64,000 bases of DNA from Eledone cirrhosa (taxonomy: Eukaryota). A program made the translations under genes and the position numbers. Of the stretch, positions 1 through 13,294 are shown piece after piece. The first letter of the stretch is position 1; each line of letters opens with the position of its first letter. The notes under the pieces were generated by a model, which saw only the letters and a program-made list of their open reading frames with translations, had not been told where the DNA came from and did not search any database. Location: contig OZ024742.1 in the NCBI GenBank assembly GCA_964016885.1, forward strand, positions 99,944,001 to 100,008,000. The letters are read 5' to 3'.

Positions 1-74
1 AATCATACACCTCTTACGTTTATAATCATAAGGGTAATTTAGTGAAAAGGTGTTTCGAAAATACAACAATCTCG

Positions 75-81
75 TATATAC

Positions 82-136
<55 letters not shown>

Positions 137-175
137 CATACATATATATATACACATACATACATATATATATAC

Positions 176-252
<77 letters not shown>

Positions 253-286
253 CATACATACATATATATATACACATACATACATA

Positions 287-328
<42 letters not shown>

Positions 329-393
329 CATACATATATATATATATATACATACATATATATATATATATACATACATATATATATATATAT

Positions 394-466
<73 letters not shown>

Positions 467-495
467 CATACATATATTTATATACATACATACAT

Positions 496-534
<39 letters not shown>

Positions 535-628
535 CATACATATACATACATACATATATATATATATATACATACATACATATATATATACATATATGTA
601 TATATATATATATACATACATATATATA
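75..628. repeat. (TA)n microsatellite with TACA interruptions
   Basis: Direct reading; explains the YI-repeat ORFs on both strands. Confidence 0.98.
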
Positions 629-806
629 TAGAGAATTTAGTATATCTACTAACATATGCGTACAGATGTACGCTAATGCTAGCAAATACACAGGTTATGT
701 CATAGTACCTATGTGGTTCAATGCAGGAGGATGCAGAACAATAATATAAAAGACGTAAAATAAGAAAATTTTAAAAAATTAAAAAAATTAACTTACTAAA
801 ATTTTC

Positions 807-888
807 ACTCCAACTAATTAGTTTCTGCAATGGGATAAAGACAGTTACGTAATCTAACTGTCGAGAATTCATTGCGTCATCAGGGAGT
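807..888 (-). ncRNA. Type I hammerhead ribozyme (family A, copy 1)
   Basis: Minus strand: actcc CTGATGA cgcaatg..cattgca GAAAC taatta GTT ggagt; 5-bp stem I, palindromic loop III. Confidence 0.7.
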
Positions 889-1852
889 CTATTCTCAGCT
901 AAGTCTCCAGGCAATGCGCGGACACTGGGGACTCATATAAAAATAATAATCATTCGGTAGATGGAACAGCTAGCGGGGATTGGATTCCATGCACTGAAAA
1001 GCTCGCTGTAACTGGTCAAATGGCAGATTCTAAAGAATCAATCACGTGACACTGAGGCTAGTCGGTAGGAGTGGGATGGTAAAATGACAGAAGCCTACTA
1101 TTACACCAATAAATTAGTAGTGGTTTTGGCAGGTTTGCTCGACAAATAAGTAATTTGGAGATAAGTATAGAGAATTTAGTATATCTACTAACATATGCGT
1201 ACAGATGTACGCTAATGCTAGCAAATACACAGGTTATGTCATAGTACCTAGGTGGTTCAATGCAGGAGGATGCAGAACAATAATATAAAAGACGTAAAAT
1301 AAGAAAATTTTAAAAAATTTAAAAAATTAACTTACTTACTAAAATTTTCACTCCAACTAATTAGTTTCTGCAATGGGAGTGAAAATGGAGTGAACATTTT
1401 AGTAAGTAAGTTAATTTTTTTAATTTTTTAAAATTTTCTTATTTTACGTCTTTTATATTATTGTTCTGAATCCTCCTGCATTGAACCACCTAGGTACTAT
1501 GACATAACCTGTGTATTTGCTAGCATTAGCGTATATCTGTACGCATATGTTAGTAGATATACTAAATTCTCTATACTTATCTCCAAATTACTTATTTGTC
1601 GAGCAAACCTGCCAAAACCACTATTAATTTATTGGTGTGATAGTAGGCTTCTGTCATCTTACCATCCCACTCCTACCGACTAGCCTCAGTGTCACGTGAT
1701 TGATTCTTTATAATCTGCCATTTGACCAGTGACAGCGAGCTTTTCAGTGCATGGAATCCAGTCCTCGCTAGCTGTTCCATCTACCGAATGATTATTATTT
1801 TTATATGAGTCCCCAGTGTCCGCGCATTGCCTGGAGACTTAGCTGAGAATAG

Positions 1853-1934
1853 ACTCTCTGATGACGCAATGAATTCTCGACAGTTAGATTACGTAACTGT
1901 CTTTATCCCATTGCAGAAACTAATTAGTTGGAGT
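1853..1934 (+). ncRNA. Type I hammerhead ribozyme (family A, copy 2)
   Basis: actct CTGATGA cgcaatg..[gacagtta/taactgtc hairpin]..cattgca GAAAC taatta GTT ggagt. Confidence 0.7.
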
Positions 1935-2134
1935 GAAAATTTTAGTAAGTTAATTTTTTTAATTTTTTAAAATTTTCTTATTTTACGTCTTTTACATATA
2001 AAATACAATATATAACAGTTTTATAAATAGACATTGACGTACCCTTTTAAAAATTGACCGTTGCTTTTGGAGGCCATCAGGATAGTCATTTGTTTACTTT
2101 AGTAAGTCATAGTGTTAAGAGTAAGTAAAAAGAT

Positions 2135-3696
<1,562 letters not shown>

Positions 3697-4354
3697 ATTG
3701 GAAAATAGTAAAATCGAATCTCTGGCGGTTTTCATGTAAATTCGGCCTACTTATATGAAATGATGAGTTAGCAAAGCACTCGATAAGTTGGGGCCTTAGA
3801 GTAATAACATACGTTTAAATAGCTTGACAAATCGAACATTGTGGTAGGCGAATCCAACACACAATATATACCAAAGAAACGATAGAACTAATCAGGTTGA
3901 GAAAAATACACCCGGACAAATTAAACGATCAATCGTTTAAAGTGTTTCTTTGAATCCTAAATCAAATATCATATATTGCTTCTCAACCACATGTTTCCGG
4001 GTTCAGTCCCACTGCCCGGGCCGACCAAAGCCCTGTGAGTGGATTTGATAGACCGAAACTAAAAGTAGCGCGTCTCGCATAAATGTATATATGTCTGTGT
4101 TTGTCTTTGCGTTTGAGTTTGCCCTCCCACCAATGTTTGTTGGTTTGATGACGTCCCCCATAACTTACCAAACAGATGCTCCAGCATGGGTGTAGTTCAG
4201 AGGCTGAAAACCGTAAAGTGTATATATATATATATGTGTGCCTGTATGTGTGTGTGTGCAGAAGAGGGGTCTCAAACTGAAGGATATAAAAGGGCCATTA
4301 CGTCCTGGAGGAGAGGCACAGTGGGCCAAACGTGGTGGTGGTTGATGATTTTCA

Positions 4355-4562
4355 CTAGTTTCTACTATAGGAACAAGGCATGAAAATTAGGGTTTAGGGT
4401 CCCGTCGATTACATCGATCCCAGTTCACAACTGGTACTTAATTTATCGACCCCAAAAGGATGAAAAGCAAAGTTGAGATCGGCGGAATTTGAACTCGGAA
4501 CGTAAAAGGTACCGCTAAGCATTTCGCCAGATGAGCTAACGATTCCACCAGCTCACCGCCTT
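4355..4562 (-). mobile_element. tRNA-derived SINE
   Basis: Minus strand reads aaggcggtgagctgg (A-box-like), gagttcaaattcc (B box) and the conserved cctttt/cggggtcgataaattaagtaccag core shared with many copies in the window. Confidence 0.8.
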
Positions 4563-4721
4563 ATTTTCACCAGTTATAATGGAATCTGAAATATTGGTTC
4601 TACCACGGGCCATAGGAAAGTAGTTCGCAGGCCGCATGTTTGAGCCCCCTGTTGGAGAGATGGATAGATAGACGTGTACCAAACACACACACACTCATTT
4701 CTTATTCCCTCTGTCTCTCCT

Positions 4722-4772
<51 letters not shown>

Positions 4773-4775
<3 letters not shown>

Positions 4776-5025
4776 GATGGCGTAGGACAGAACAAAGGAG
4801 AGGCACAAAAACAAAGAAAAGAATGCCCAGTCACTGTAGAGGTCACAAAATGTGTGACGAAAGAACTTTGACAATATATGAACAATCATTTGGTTGTGGA
4901 ACCAACCAACCAACCGGAAATTTATAAATTCCTAAATTTATAAATGTATTATAATAAATTGAAGTGAAATCAACTGGTACGTGTGTTTCTTATTGGCAAC
5001 ATGACCCTCCCAAAGTATAACAATA
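4773..5025 (+). mobile_element. Family C copy (hammerhead-containing, degenerate core CTGTAGA)
   Basis: Homologous to 29472-29725; flanked by (TA)n on both sides. Confidence 0.75.
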
Positions 5026-5034
5026 TATATATAT

Positions 5035-6897
5035 GAAAACAGGGAGAAAGAGACGATTATGAGGAAGAAAAAATTTTTTTTTTCCTTTTTTGTTTCTCTC
5101 GCTCTCTTTTCTGGGTTAGAAAATGATTAAAACGAAATGTTTTACTTTGTGTTAAGGTATTAGTTGATTTATTTATTATTTAACAATGGCATTTATTTAT
5201 CTATTTATATATTTAATTATTGTCTATTACCGGTTTCAGCATTTATATGCATTATCAAATGATAGTGAAAAGTATTAGTGTGGTGTCGCACATGTTAAAC
5301 AGAAGGTGCAGAAAGAATAATGTTATTTACAAACAAGGTTTAAGAAGTGAAAAGAAAAAAAGAAAAAGGAAAAAAAACGTGCATAATGTGGAACGTGAAA
5401 AGTCAATGTGGGAGAAAAAATAATGTTATTTACAAGCACAGTTATTGAAGTTAAGCAGATCAAAATGTATTAATATAGCAAGAGTGCTTAGTTGAACCAT
5501 GGTTCCGTGATGGAGGCAAATGGTGGACTGAGGTTTGATATGATTTCCCTTTTTAGAGAGTTAATATGCAGGGGGAAGCAATTCTTGCTGGGTGATATTT
5601 AATTTATTTAAGAAAAAGGATTGGGTAGGGTGTGAGGGAGGTAACTCTTGTAAATGCTTGATGGTTTGTTGTAGTTTTAGATTGGTCCAATTTTTAGATC
5701 ATTGAGTAGTGGTTGAAATTTATGAATGTGTTTCCTTATTGGTACGTTGGATGAAAGTAGCGTTGTCTATGAATTTGTAAATGGGGAAAATTTTAAAGTT
5801 TGGATGTTGGTTGAGAGAACAATTGGGGATATGTTCACTATATGCAATCTATCTGTATTCCTGTATTTTAATTTGTGATTTATGGACGGTTATACGCTGT
5901 TTTTTGTCTGTCCTATGTAGTGTTCTTGACAACCTGAGCAGGTCAAAACATAGATAAGGTTTTCAGATGCACATGTAAAATTGTGTTTAACTGTGAAACG
6001 CTGTCCTTGTTTTAAATCGAATGTTGAACCTTCTATTAGATTTATGCATATGCCACAGTTGGGCCTTCCGCATTTTGTTACTGTAGGGTTCTTTGTGAGG
6101 ATTAGTTGAATTTTGACTTGTGTGAGGATGTTTTTTATGGATTTGGGTTGTCTTTTTCTCTTTATGATGTTGTGTGTTTGGAGGATATTGTTCATTCTTG
6201 GGTCTCTTTTTAGTAAAGGAATGTTCTGGAGGATGGTGTCGAATGCCTCATTGTTGAGGGGGTTGTGTGTGGAGATGTATGGTAGAGTTTATTGTTGCGG
6301 TTCATTCCTGGGTTTGGGGTGTCTGAGTTCCTGGATGTCTAGTTTTAGGGCACGTTGGAATCCATTGGTGATTAGGGATGGTGGGTAGTTTCTGCTGATA
6401 AGTGTATTTTTTAATTCTTCTAGTCGTGTGTAGCATGTGTATTTATCTGAAACTATTGTGCAGATCCTTCTGGCTGGGTTATAAGGAATTGCCATTTTGG
6501 TGTGTCTAGGGTGGCACGAGTTGAATGGAAGGTATTGTTTGGGGTCTGTGGGTTTGTAGTATATGTCTGTTTCTATTTTGTTCAACACATAGAAAAGAAC
6601 TGGAAGAGATATCTGGACGACTGCTTCATCCTATGGCATGAAAGTATAGATAGACTGTTTGAGTTCAAAACACTAACTTACAATTCACAATGGATTACAG
6701 ATATGAACAACTCCCTTTTCTCGACATCCTCATCAAGAAAACAAGCAACAAAATAGAAACAGACATATACTACAAACCCACAGACTCCAAACAATACCTT
6801 CCATTCAACTCGTGCTACCTTAGACACACCAAAATGGCAATTCCTTATAACCTAGCCAGAAGGATCTGCACAATAGTTTCAGATAAATACACATGCT
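5035..6897 (-). mobile_element. Penelope-like retroelement, Neptune-like, 5'-truncated with an inverted 5' segment
   Basis: Minus strand: RT thumb (TDIYYKPTD..YLPFNSCHP), Cys linker (KCGRPNCGIC), GIY-YIG (LIYVLTC..HYIGQT). Plus strand 6586-6897: RYLDDCF and LPFLDILI RT motifs. Confidence 0.85.
5697..6585 (-). pseudogene. Disrupted PLE RT-thumb / GIY-YIG endonuclease ORF
   Basis: ORF fragments 6289-6588 and 5890-6195, interrupted by stops and frameshifts. Confidence 0.8.
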
Positions 6898-6936
6898 ATA
6901 TATGTATATCTGTGTTCGTTTTTCATTTTTGTTCAG

Positions 6937-7006
<70 letters not shown>

Positions 7007-7116
7007 TTTTCTCCGGATTACTTTTGGAACTACAACTGGAACCGTCGAGCAAACTCTACGTGAGCTGATAATCTACTGTGTGTAATATTTATATTACAAC
7101 ACAACGGAAAAAACTG

Positions 7117-7149
<33 letters not shown>

Positions 7150-7155
7150 GCTATA

Positions 7156-7186
<31 letters not shown>

Positions 7187-7192
<6 letters not shown>

Positions 7193-7766
7193 CTGAACAA
7201 AAAAGAAAAACGAACACAGACATATACATATATGTGTTCAAATCGTAAGGGACCTTTGATATATTCGGCTACGTTAATTCGGCGAGCTAATTCAAATGTC
7301 GAGTAAACTCGGCTGCTATTTTTTGTGGTGTGAGTTTGTGAGACACGTTAAGTTCGGATGCCATGTGCGTTGTTATATTATTCAGTTTTTTAATATACTT
7401 AGAAGTGACCAGGATGCTAATAATTCTTCACCCGCTGATGAGCAAGAATTCGCATTCCTCTTCACAATTAATATTGCGAAACAATATTTTCAAAGCTGTC
7501 CGGGTGATTGGTAGATACCACAATTCCTATTTGTATTTACTTTCTTGATTTATTCTTAAATTGAGTCTGGTAAACCCTATTGTGTATAGTTAGTATTCTC
7601 TTCACCTCAGCGAATCTGCTCCCTTACGATTTGAACACGTATATGCATATGTCAGTGTTCGTTTTTCTTTTTTGTTCAGTTATATGATACGGCTCGGAAA
7701 AATCTCTTTCCTAGAGGTAATTTATTGTAAGTAACTGTTTTGAGTTTCTAACTCAGTATATACCTT

Positions 7767-7770
<4 letters not shown>
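7187..7770. mobile_element. Family D: hammerhead-containing repeat with a short inverted arm
   Basis: 7187-7250 is the reverse complement of 7621-7685; another fragment at 6898-6940; TA-flanked. Confidence 0.7.
7428..7507 (+). ncRNA. Canonical type I hammerhead ribozyme (family D)
   Basis: tcacccg CTGATGA gcaa..ttgc GAAAC a..t GTC cgggtga; perfect 7-bp stem I, GUC cleavage triplet. Confidence 0.85.
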
Positions 7771-7834
<64 letters not shown>

Positions 7835-7872
7835 AAATAAAATAAACAAGTTAAAATTTGGCTTCGTTTATT

Positions 7873-7927
7873 ACTGCTATATATATTTCGGTGACAGCCA
7901 TCTTTGGCTGTGACCTCTTCAGGCAGT
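7873..7927 (-). ncRNA. Minimal type I hammerhead ribozyme (family I)
   Basis: Minus strand: actgc CTGAAGA ggtcacagcca aaga tggctgtcacc GAAA tatata TA gcagt; palindromic loop III. Confidence 0.75.
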
Positions 7928-8080
7928 CTGAATTTTAAACATTTGACTTATTTATTTTATTTTATTTTACATTACTCCGGAGTAACCAAACGAACCTGCG
8001 CACTTGGTCAAGTGCTCCAATCTGCATACTGAGGTGTTGGTATACAACCAACATATACTAAAAAAAAAAATATATATATA

Positions 8081-8305
8081 TATTGTTATGCTTTGGGAGG
8101 GTCATGTTGCCAATAAGAAACACACGCACCAGTTGCTTTCACTCGAATTTATTATAAATTTAATTTATAATAAATTGGAGTGAAAGGAACTGGTGCGTGT
8201 GTTTCTTATTGGCAAATGACCCTCCCAAAGCATAACAATATCGGTTTCAACACACGTTTTCAGATAAAGAATCTTGCTAAGCAAATCCAGAAACGAAATA
8301 TATAT
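8081..8305. mobile_element. Family C 3' end as a near-perfect fold-back
   Basis: Arms ~8081-8160 and ~8162-8241; the tail matches 29056-29115 in reverse complement. Confidence 0.75.
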
Positions 8306-9046
8306 TGGCGTTGTTATTTGACGTTGTTGAAAAGAGCAGTGGCCATTGACCCGGCAATAAAAACTGGAGACAAAATTCTTTCTCTACCCAAATCAAGGCT
8401 CACACAGACACACACAGCACACACACACAAGTTTGTTTGTATGTGTGTGAGTGCGTGTGCATGCGCGCTCACGTGTATGTGTGTGTGTGTGTGTGTGTAT
8501 CTATCTATGTATATATATAAGGGATACAGATATTGTTTGCTCACTGTCACTAAGCATCTCAATGCATTCGTTCCAACTAAGTTTGTGATCGAGACACTTT
8601 ATTTTGGAAGGTACTACTTTTCCCTCGAGTTTGTGATTCCAGAGAAAGGTAAGAAATTCTTCATATATTGCATCTTTTGTATTTTGACTTTACAGTTTGA
8701 ATTGTAGAATTGTCTATCCACTCAAAATATTCCAACAGCTAGCAGTGAAATATAGAATTTTAAAAAAAAAGCTTTTTCGACTGAGATCAAATCTTTTGAG
8801 AACATTCACGTCTATTTTTCAAAAATATATAATTTTAAATAGCTTGCTTTTGTTTCGGACTTCTTTGTATTTAATTCATACGAGTGTTTTTTAAAAAGTT
8901 TTTTAAATATTCTAACATAACTTGATTTGGCCCAGTAATCTACTGATAGCAAAATCAGTAGTATATTGAAAAATGGAAAAATAGGGTAGAGGGCGTTTCG
9001 GGATTTCGAGGGGCAAAGGTGTGGCAGAAATGGGTTGAGAACTTTT

Positions 9047-9090
9047 GGTGTAGTGGTTATCACACGTGAATTCGAAACTCCCTGGAACCT
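9047..9090 (+). pseudogene. tRNA-Val fragment (anticodon arm deleted)
   Basis: ggtgtagtggttatcacac..ttcgaaactccctggaacct matches the D arm, T arm and 3' acceptor of the copy at 10156. Confidence 0.6.
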
Positions 9091-9780
9091 AATTAGACCG
9101 TTTTTAGAAACTTTTATTTGCATCTTTTTTTCGTATTACCTGACCACATACTCTTCATACAGAACAACTACATTAAAGATCTTAGAACTAAACCGAGTTT
9201 TATAAACACATCCATGTAAACCGCGAGTTCGAAACCCAAAGGAATATTTTGTGTGAATTCATTTTGAAGAAAATAAGGCTAACTTAATTAAAATGTGATT
9301 TGAAAGATAATAAATCTCGAGTTTGGTTGGTACTAGCAAATATTTTATCACACGTTTGCTGGAACTGGGCTGACCAGCGATATAAAATAGTTAGAGTCGT
9401 AGAAGCTAATAATAGGTAACTGATCATTCATAGATCGTTAAACAAATGTTTCTAAATTTACACATCTTTCACTGAATTAAATCAAATATGATGTATGCTA
9501 TGAGGCAATATTTGTACCGAAGGTCATGAGTTCGAATCTTAATGAAATTGTGTTAGTAATCAAGTATTTTTAGAGACTTTTTATTTGTATCTTTTTTATA
9601 TTGCTTAAACATATACTCCCTATATAGAACGACTACATTAAATATGTTAGAGATAAACTGAGCTTTATAAACACTTAAAGTTGAATATACAATCACGCAA
9701 GCATTTCTAAATCATGAGCATCGGGATAAGTCTAAGTCAAAAATAAAATGTTTAGAGTCCCAAGATAATAATACAGAATT

Positions 9781-9845
9781 GGTTCCATAATGTAGTGGTT
9801 ATCACGTCTGCTCCATCGGCAGATGTTTGAAATTCGCTGGAACCT
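9781..9845 (+). pseudogene. tRNA-Val pseudogene
   Basis: ggttccataatgtagtggttatcacgtctgc..gcaga..gctggaacct; T arm partly deleted. Confidence 0.65.
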
Positions 9846-10155
9846 TTGATCCTCTGGATCATATACAATCATGAATTTCATTTCCAAACCTACTCTGTAT
9901 ACATTGTACGACATAGGGGTAAGCAACAACGATAAATATCTACATTTTACAGAAAGCTTTAGAAACGCATTCAGGTTTTTATACTGCTACATTAGCTTTT
10001 CTGTGTCGAGAGTGTCCTTATGAATGTATATCGAGAATAAATCTTTTACACTCAAATGTTACGTATAATACAAAATCATTTGGACAAATGTACGTAAATG
10101 ATTTCATATGGCAAAAATCTTCTGTAAAGCTTTGTTTGTAATAGTATTCTCCTCC

Positions 10156-10228
10156 GGTTCCATGGTGTAGTGGTTATCACACCTGTTTAACATGCAGAAG
10201 ACCGTGAGTTCGAAACTCGCTGGAACCT
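10156..10228 (+). tRNA. tRNA-Val(AAC)-like gene or recent pseudogene
   Basis: 73 nt; acceptor GGTTCCA/TGGAACC; A box; anticodon loop TT AAC AT with one stem mismatch; T stem GTGAG/CTCGC with TTCGAAA; oligo-T terminator follows. Confidence 0.7.
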
Positions 10229-10491
10229 ATTTTTTTATGCAATTTTATTCGTCTAATAAATTACTGAGGTAACTTTCAGTCATACTTTTCTTTCACATTT
10301 TGATTTCTGCCTCATCTCTCTCAAATACTTTCTGACTTGTTATCATGGTAATTTTAACCCCTTTGCATTGTACGGCTTCCTAAACATACGCACTTTTCAT
10401 TTCCATATACCACAATGCTTCATGCGAACTACTACACGTTTTACATATATATGTATGTGTGTATGTGTGTGTGTGTGTGAGTGTGTGTGTG

Positions 10492-10627
10492 TCGGCTTCA
10501 ATCGGGGGTAACCACAGTAAGTAAGTTACACAATACATTAGTAGAGTTTAAACATCAAATTAAATATAGAAATGGCTTCTACAGGACTAGACTTGACTCA
10601 TTCGCAGGAATCATTAGGAAAGAACTG

Positions 10628-10628
<1 letters not shown>
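10492..10628 (-). mobile_element. Family F degenerate copy
   Basis: Homologous to 28840-29012 and 53415-53480 (gaaatggcttctacaggactag..atcat[t/c]aggaa). Confidence 0.6.
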
Positions 10629-10681
<53 letters not shown>

Positions 10682-10934
10682 GAAGTGGTTACACAACAGT
10701 TAGTTCACCATACCGAGAACAATTGTTTCACCTTAGCAGATCCTGAGCTCGTAATGGACATGGTTATACGAAAAAGGAAGAATAACCGTACGTGTCGCGC
10801 ATGCGCAGAAACGATCACTTCACACGGGCAATACTAAAATGCGTGCGAGAGGTGTAAGGGAAATAACTGCGAAAGTTCGAAAAGTTTCTAGTTGATAAGA
10901 AAATTAGGATGTTGTTGTAATTCAATCCGGAGCT

Positions 10935-12889
10935 GTGTAGTTATGTAAGAGGTGTTTCCAGACGTGTGGACAAGGTGTGAAAATTCATTTCTCGTGTTTA
11001 GGCAATCACTATTGCGTAGTCACTTTAAAATATTTATTCGTTCATCAATACGCATTTCCCCTTGCGTATGGCTTGGACTTGGTGATGGCTTTCCATTGAA
11101 TGGAGTAGTCTATACTTAAGTCCTTGAGAGACGATACGTGGCTCGCGAGTTTCGTTGATGAACGTCTGTTCGAGTAGCTAAAGGTCGACTGGTGGTTCAG
11201 GAGCGTTCCTTAAATCGGCCCTCCACCATACGAACATAGGATTTGACCTCCTGTGGTTGATTTCGTCGGTTGGAAGTGACCATAGCTTCATAAAGTAGAG
11301 CGGGTGTGTTGCATTGCTGTTGAAGGGGACAAACTTCGGGCTTTTGGCAAGAGCACCCTGGTGGGGTGTTGCTCTTAGGGCTGTTGGTGATGTGGGCCTT
11401 CATGTTCTTAGCGCAGGAGTATCCTAGTTTTACTTTGTGTCGGTTAAAGATGGAGCGGTATTTATGACCTATGGGAAAGTGTCTATTTAAGAGGGCTAGA
11501 AACCTTTTGCCTACATTGGTTTTAACGTTGAGTGAGAAGTGAGGAGAGAAACAGATAGTTTGTCTATTGTTACGCTTTCTTTTCTTATTGCCGTTGTTGA
11601 TAGTGAGAGAGTAAGTGAGAGGTTGCGAGAAGCCGTCGTTAGCTAACGCCGTGTTATAGTAGGGTGCCACCCTGTCAAAGATAGCTTTTTTAGAGGATAT
11701 TCTAGTATTGATATTATTTACTAAGTTTCTAAAAACAGTGGGGGGGGGTGGCATGTGTCCTTGTGAATGTAATTGAGTTTTTCGTTTAGCTTATGGAAGG
11801 GTCTGTAGGTGTGTGTGCGAAGGTCTAAATTAATGTCTAAGAAATCTACGTTAGAGAGGTTGGTAGCTACTGATATCCTAGGTCCTAACTCATTGAAGGT
11901 AGAAGCTAAGTCTTTTTTAAACCAGTCGAGGTCGTGACCACTTTTATGGCTCGATAAGATCAGTCCATCATCGCGGTATATTCCCGTGTGGAAGTCCGGG
12001 CATCTAACACGTAATATGTCTAAAATAAATAGGCCAACCAAGTTGCATACGTCAGCACTGTCAAACGATCCCATGGAGATGTCGAATATTTCTGAAGTTG
12101 TTGACTTCTTTGCCCAGGCTACTCCATCGTTGAAGAGGAGGGTTTTCCGGCAGTGAGCGATGAATTCCTCGTCTAAATCATCAACGGTAGTGTAAGTGGT
12201 AGCAATATTCAACACTTTGTTTAACAGGGTATCTGAGATCGATGGGTAAAAATCAACAATGTCAAACTGTGTGAAGTTCGCTTTTTGGGATTTTAAGGAG
12301 TTAAACCACTTAATTACGGAGTTCTCCCACTGGGACAGGTTGGACTTGGTCCTAATGGTCTTAATTATGTTTCTAAGTATGGCCTTACTGACTAGTCCCA
12401 TATCTGTGCGTGCTGGGTTTATTAGTCTACATGTGGGGTTAGAAGTAAAGTCTACCTTGTGATCTTTCAGGGTGAGGAACGCCTCCTGCTTAGCTAGATA
12501 TTGTAGCTTCTTATCTACCTTAAGGGCAGCGGCAAGTTCTTTGGCTTCCGTATTAATGTCGTGGTAGGCCATAGGGTTAGCTTTCTTATATTTTGAAGTA
12601 ATAGCGTTATGGGCCAGGTGGCGGAATATCGTATTGTCGACTTTGTAAATATTATTAGTTTTGTCGGAAAGAACGAAAGTGTTATTAGAAGACCTAAATT
12701 TCTTAATATCATTTCTAAGTTTAGTTTGAAAGGTGTTAGGGTGTTTGCGAAAGGAAATGTTAGCGACTAAGTCAAGAAGGTCCGCCTCGAAAGGATCAAG
12801 TTCAGTTACCTTATGAGGGCAGGCTCTCGATTTCAGGTTGAAGGTGTTATGGGTGTCTGTAATTTTGCCATCAAAAGCTAGGGTTCGCC
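10935..12889 (-). pseudogene. Frameshifted PLE RT + GIY-YIG ORF
   Basis: ORF pieces 11721-12572 and 11197-11754 plus adjacent frames. Confidence 0.85.
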
Positions 12890-13256
12890 ATCTTAAGCGT
12901 CTGACGACATCTTCCGCTTTTTGTAGGAGAAGCTTTGGGTAAACATGGTTGGAGGGAGTGGTAATGTTCCCTCGGGGAGTAATCCAGTTCGTATAAATCC
13001 AGACTGACGTTGATCAGACACAAAATTGTGTAGGAGACGAGGATATAGATAGCGCTCACAGGGTAGGAAGCCAAACTCGCACGTGGTGAAGAATCTACTA
13101 AAAGCCAAACTTCTACGTAGTGAAGAGAATCTACTGACCGTTGCTGGAGACGTATATAGTAGTAGAACACTGGAAGGTAATATCCGTAGTGGTAGAGCAC
13201 TCAGTCCATGGGACGAGTTAGGTAGAAGTGGTTACACAACAGTTAGTTCACCATAC

Positions 13257-13294
13257 CGAGAACAATTGTTTCGCCTTAGCGGATCCTCAGCTCG
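13257..13294 (-). ncRNA. Minimal hammerhead ribozyme in the PLE pLTR
   Basis: Minus strand: cgag CTGAGGA tccgctaaggc GAAAC aatt GTT ctcg. The sister copy at 10714-10751 has a mutated core (CTCAGGA). Confidence 0.7.

Larger units (their letters stand above)
629..1995. mobile_element. Family A: hammerhead-containing non-coding repeat (~540-bp monomer), tandem plus fold-back
   Basis: gagaatttagtatatc recurs at 631 and 1170 (period 539). 1387-1995 is the reverse complement of ~745-1353. Left end abuts (TA)n. Confidence 0.85.
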
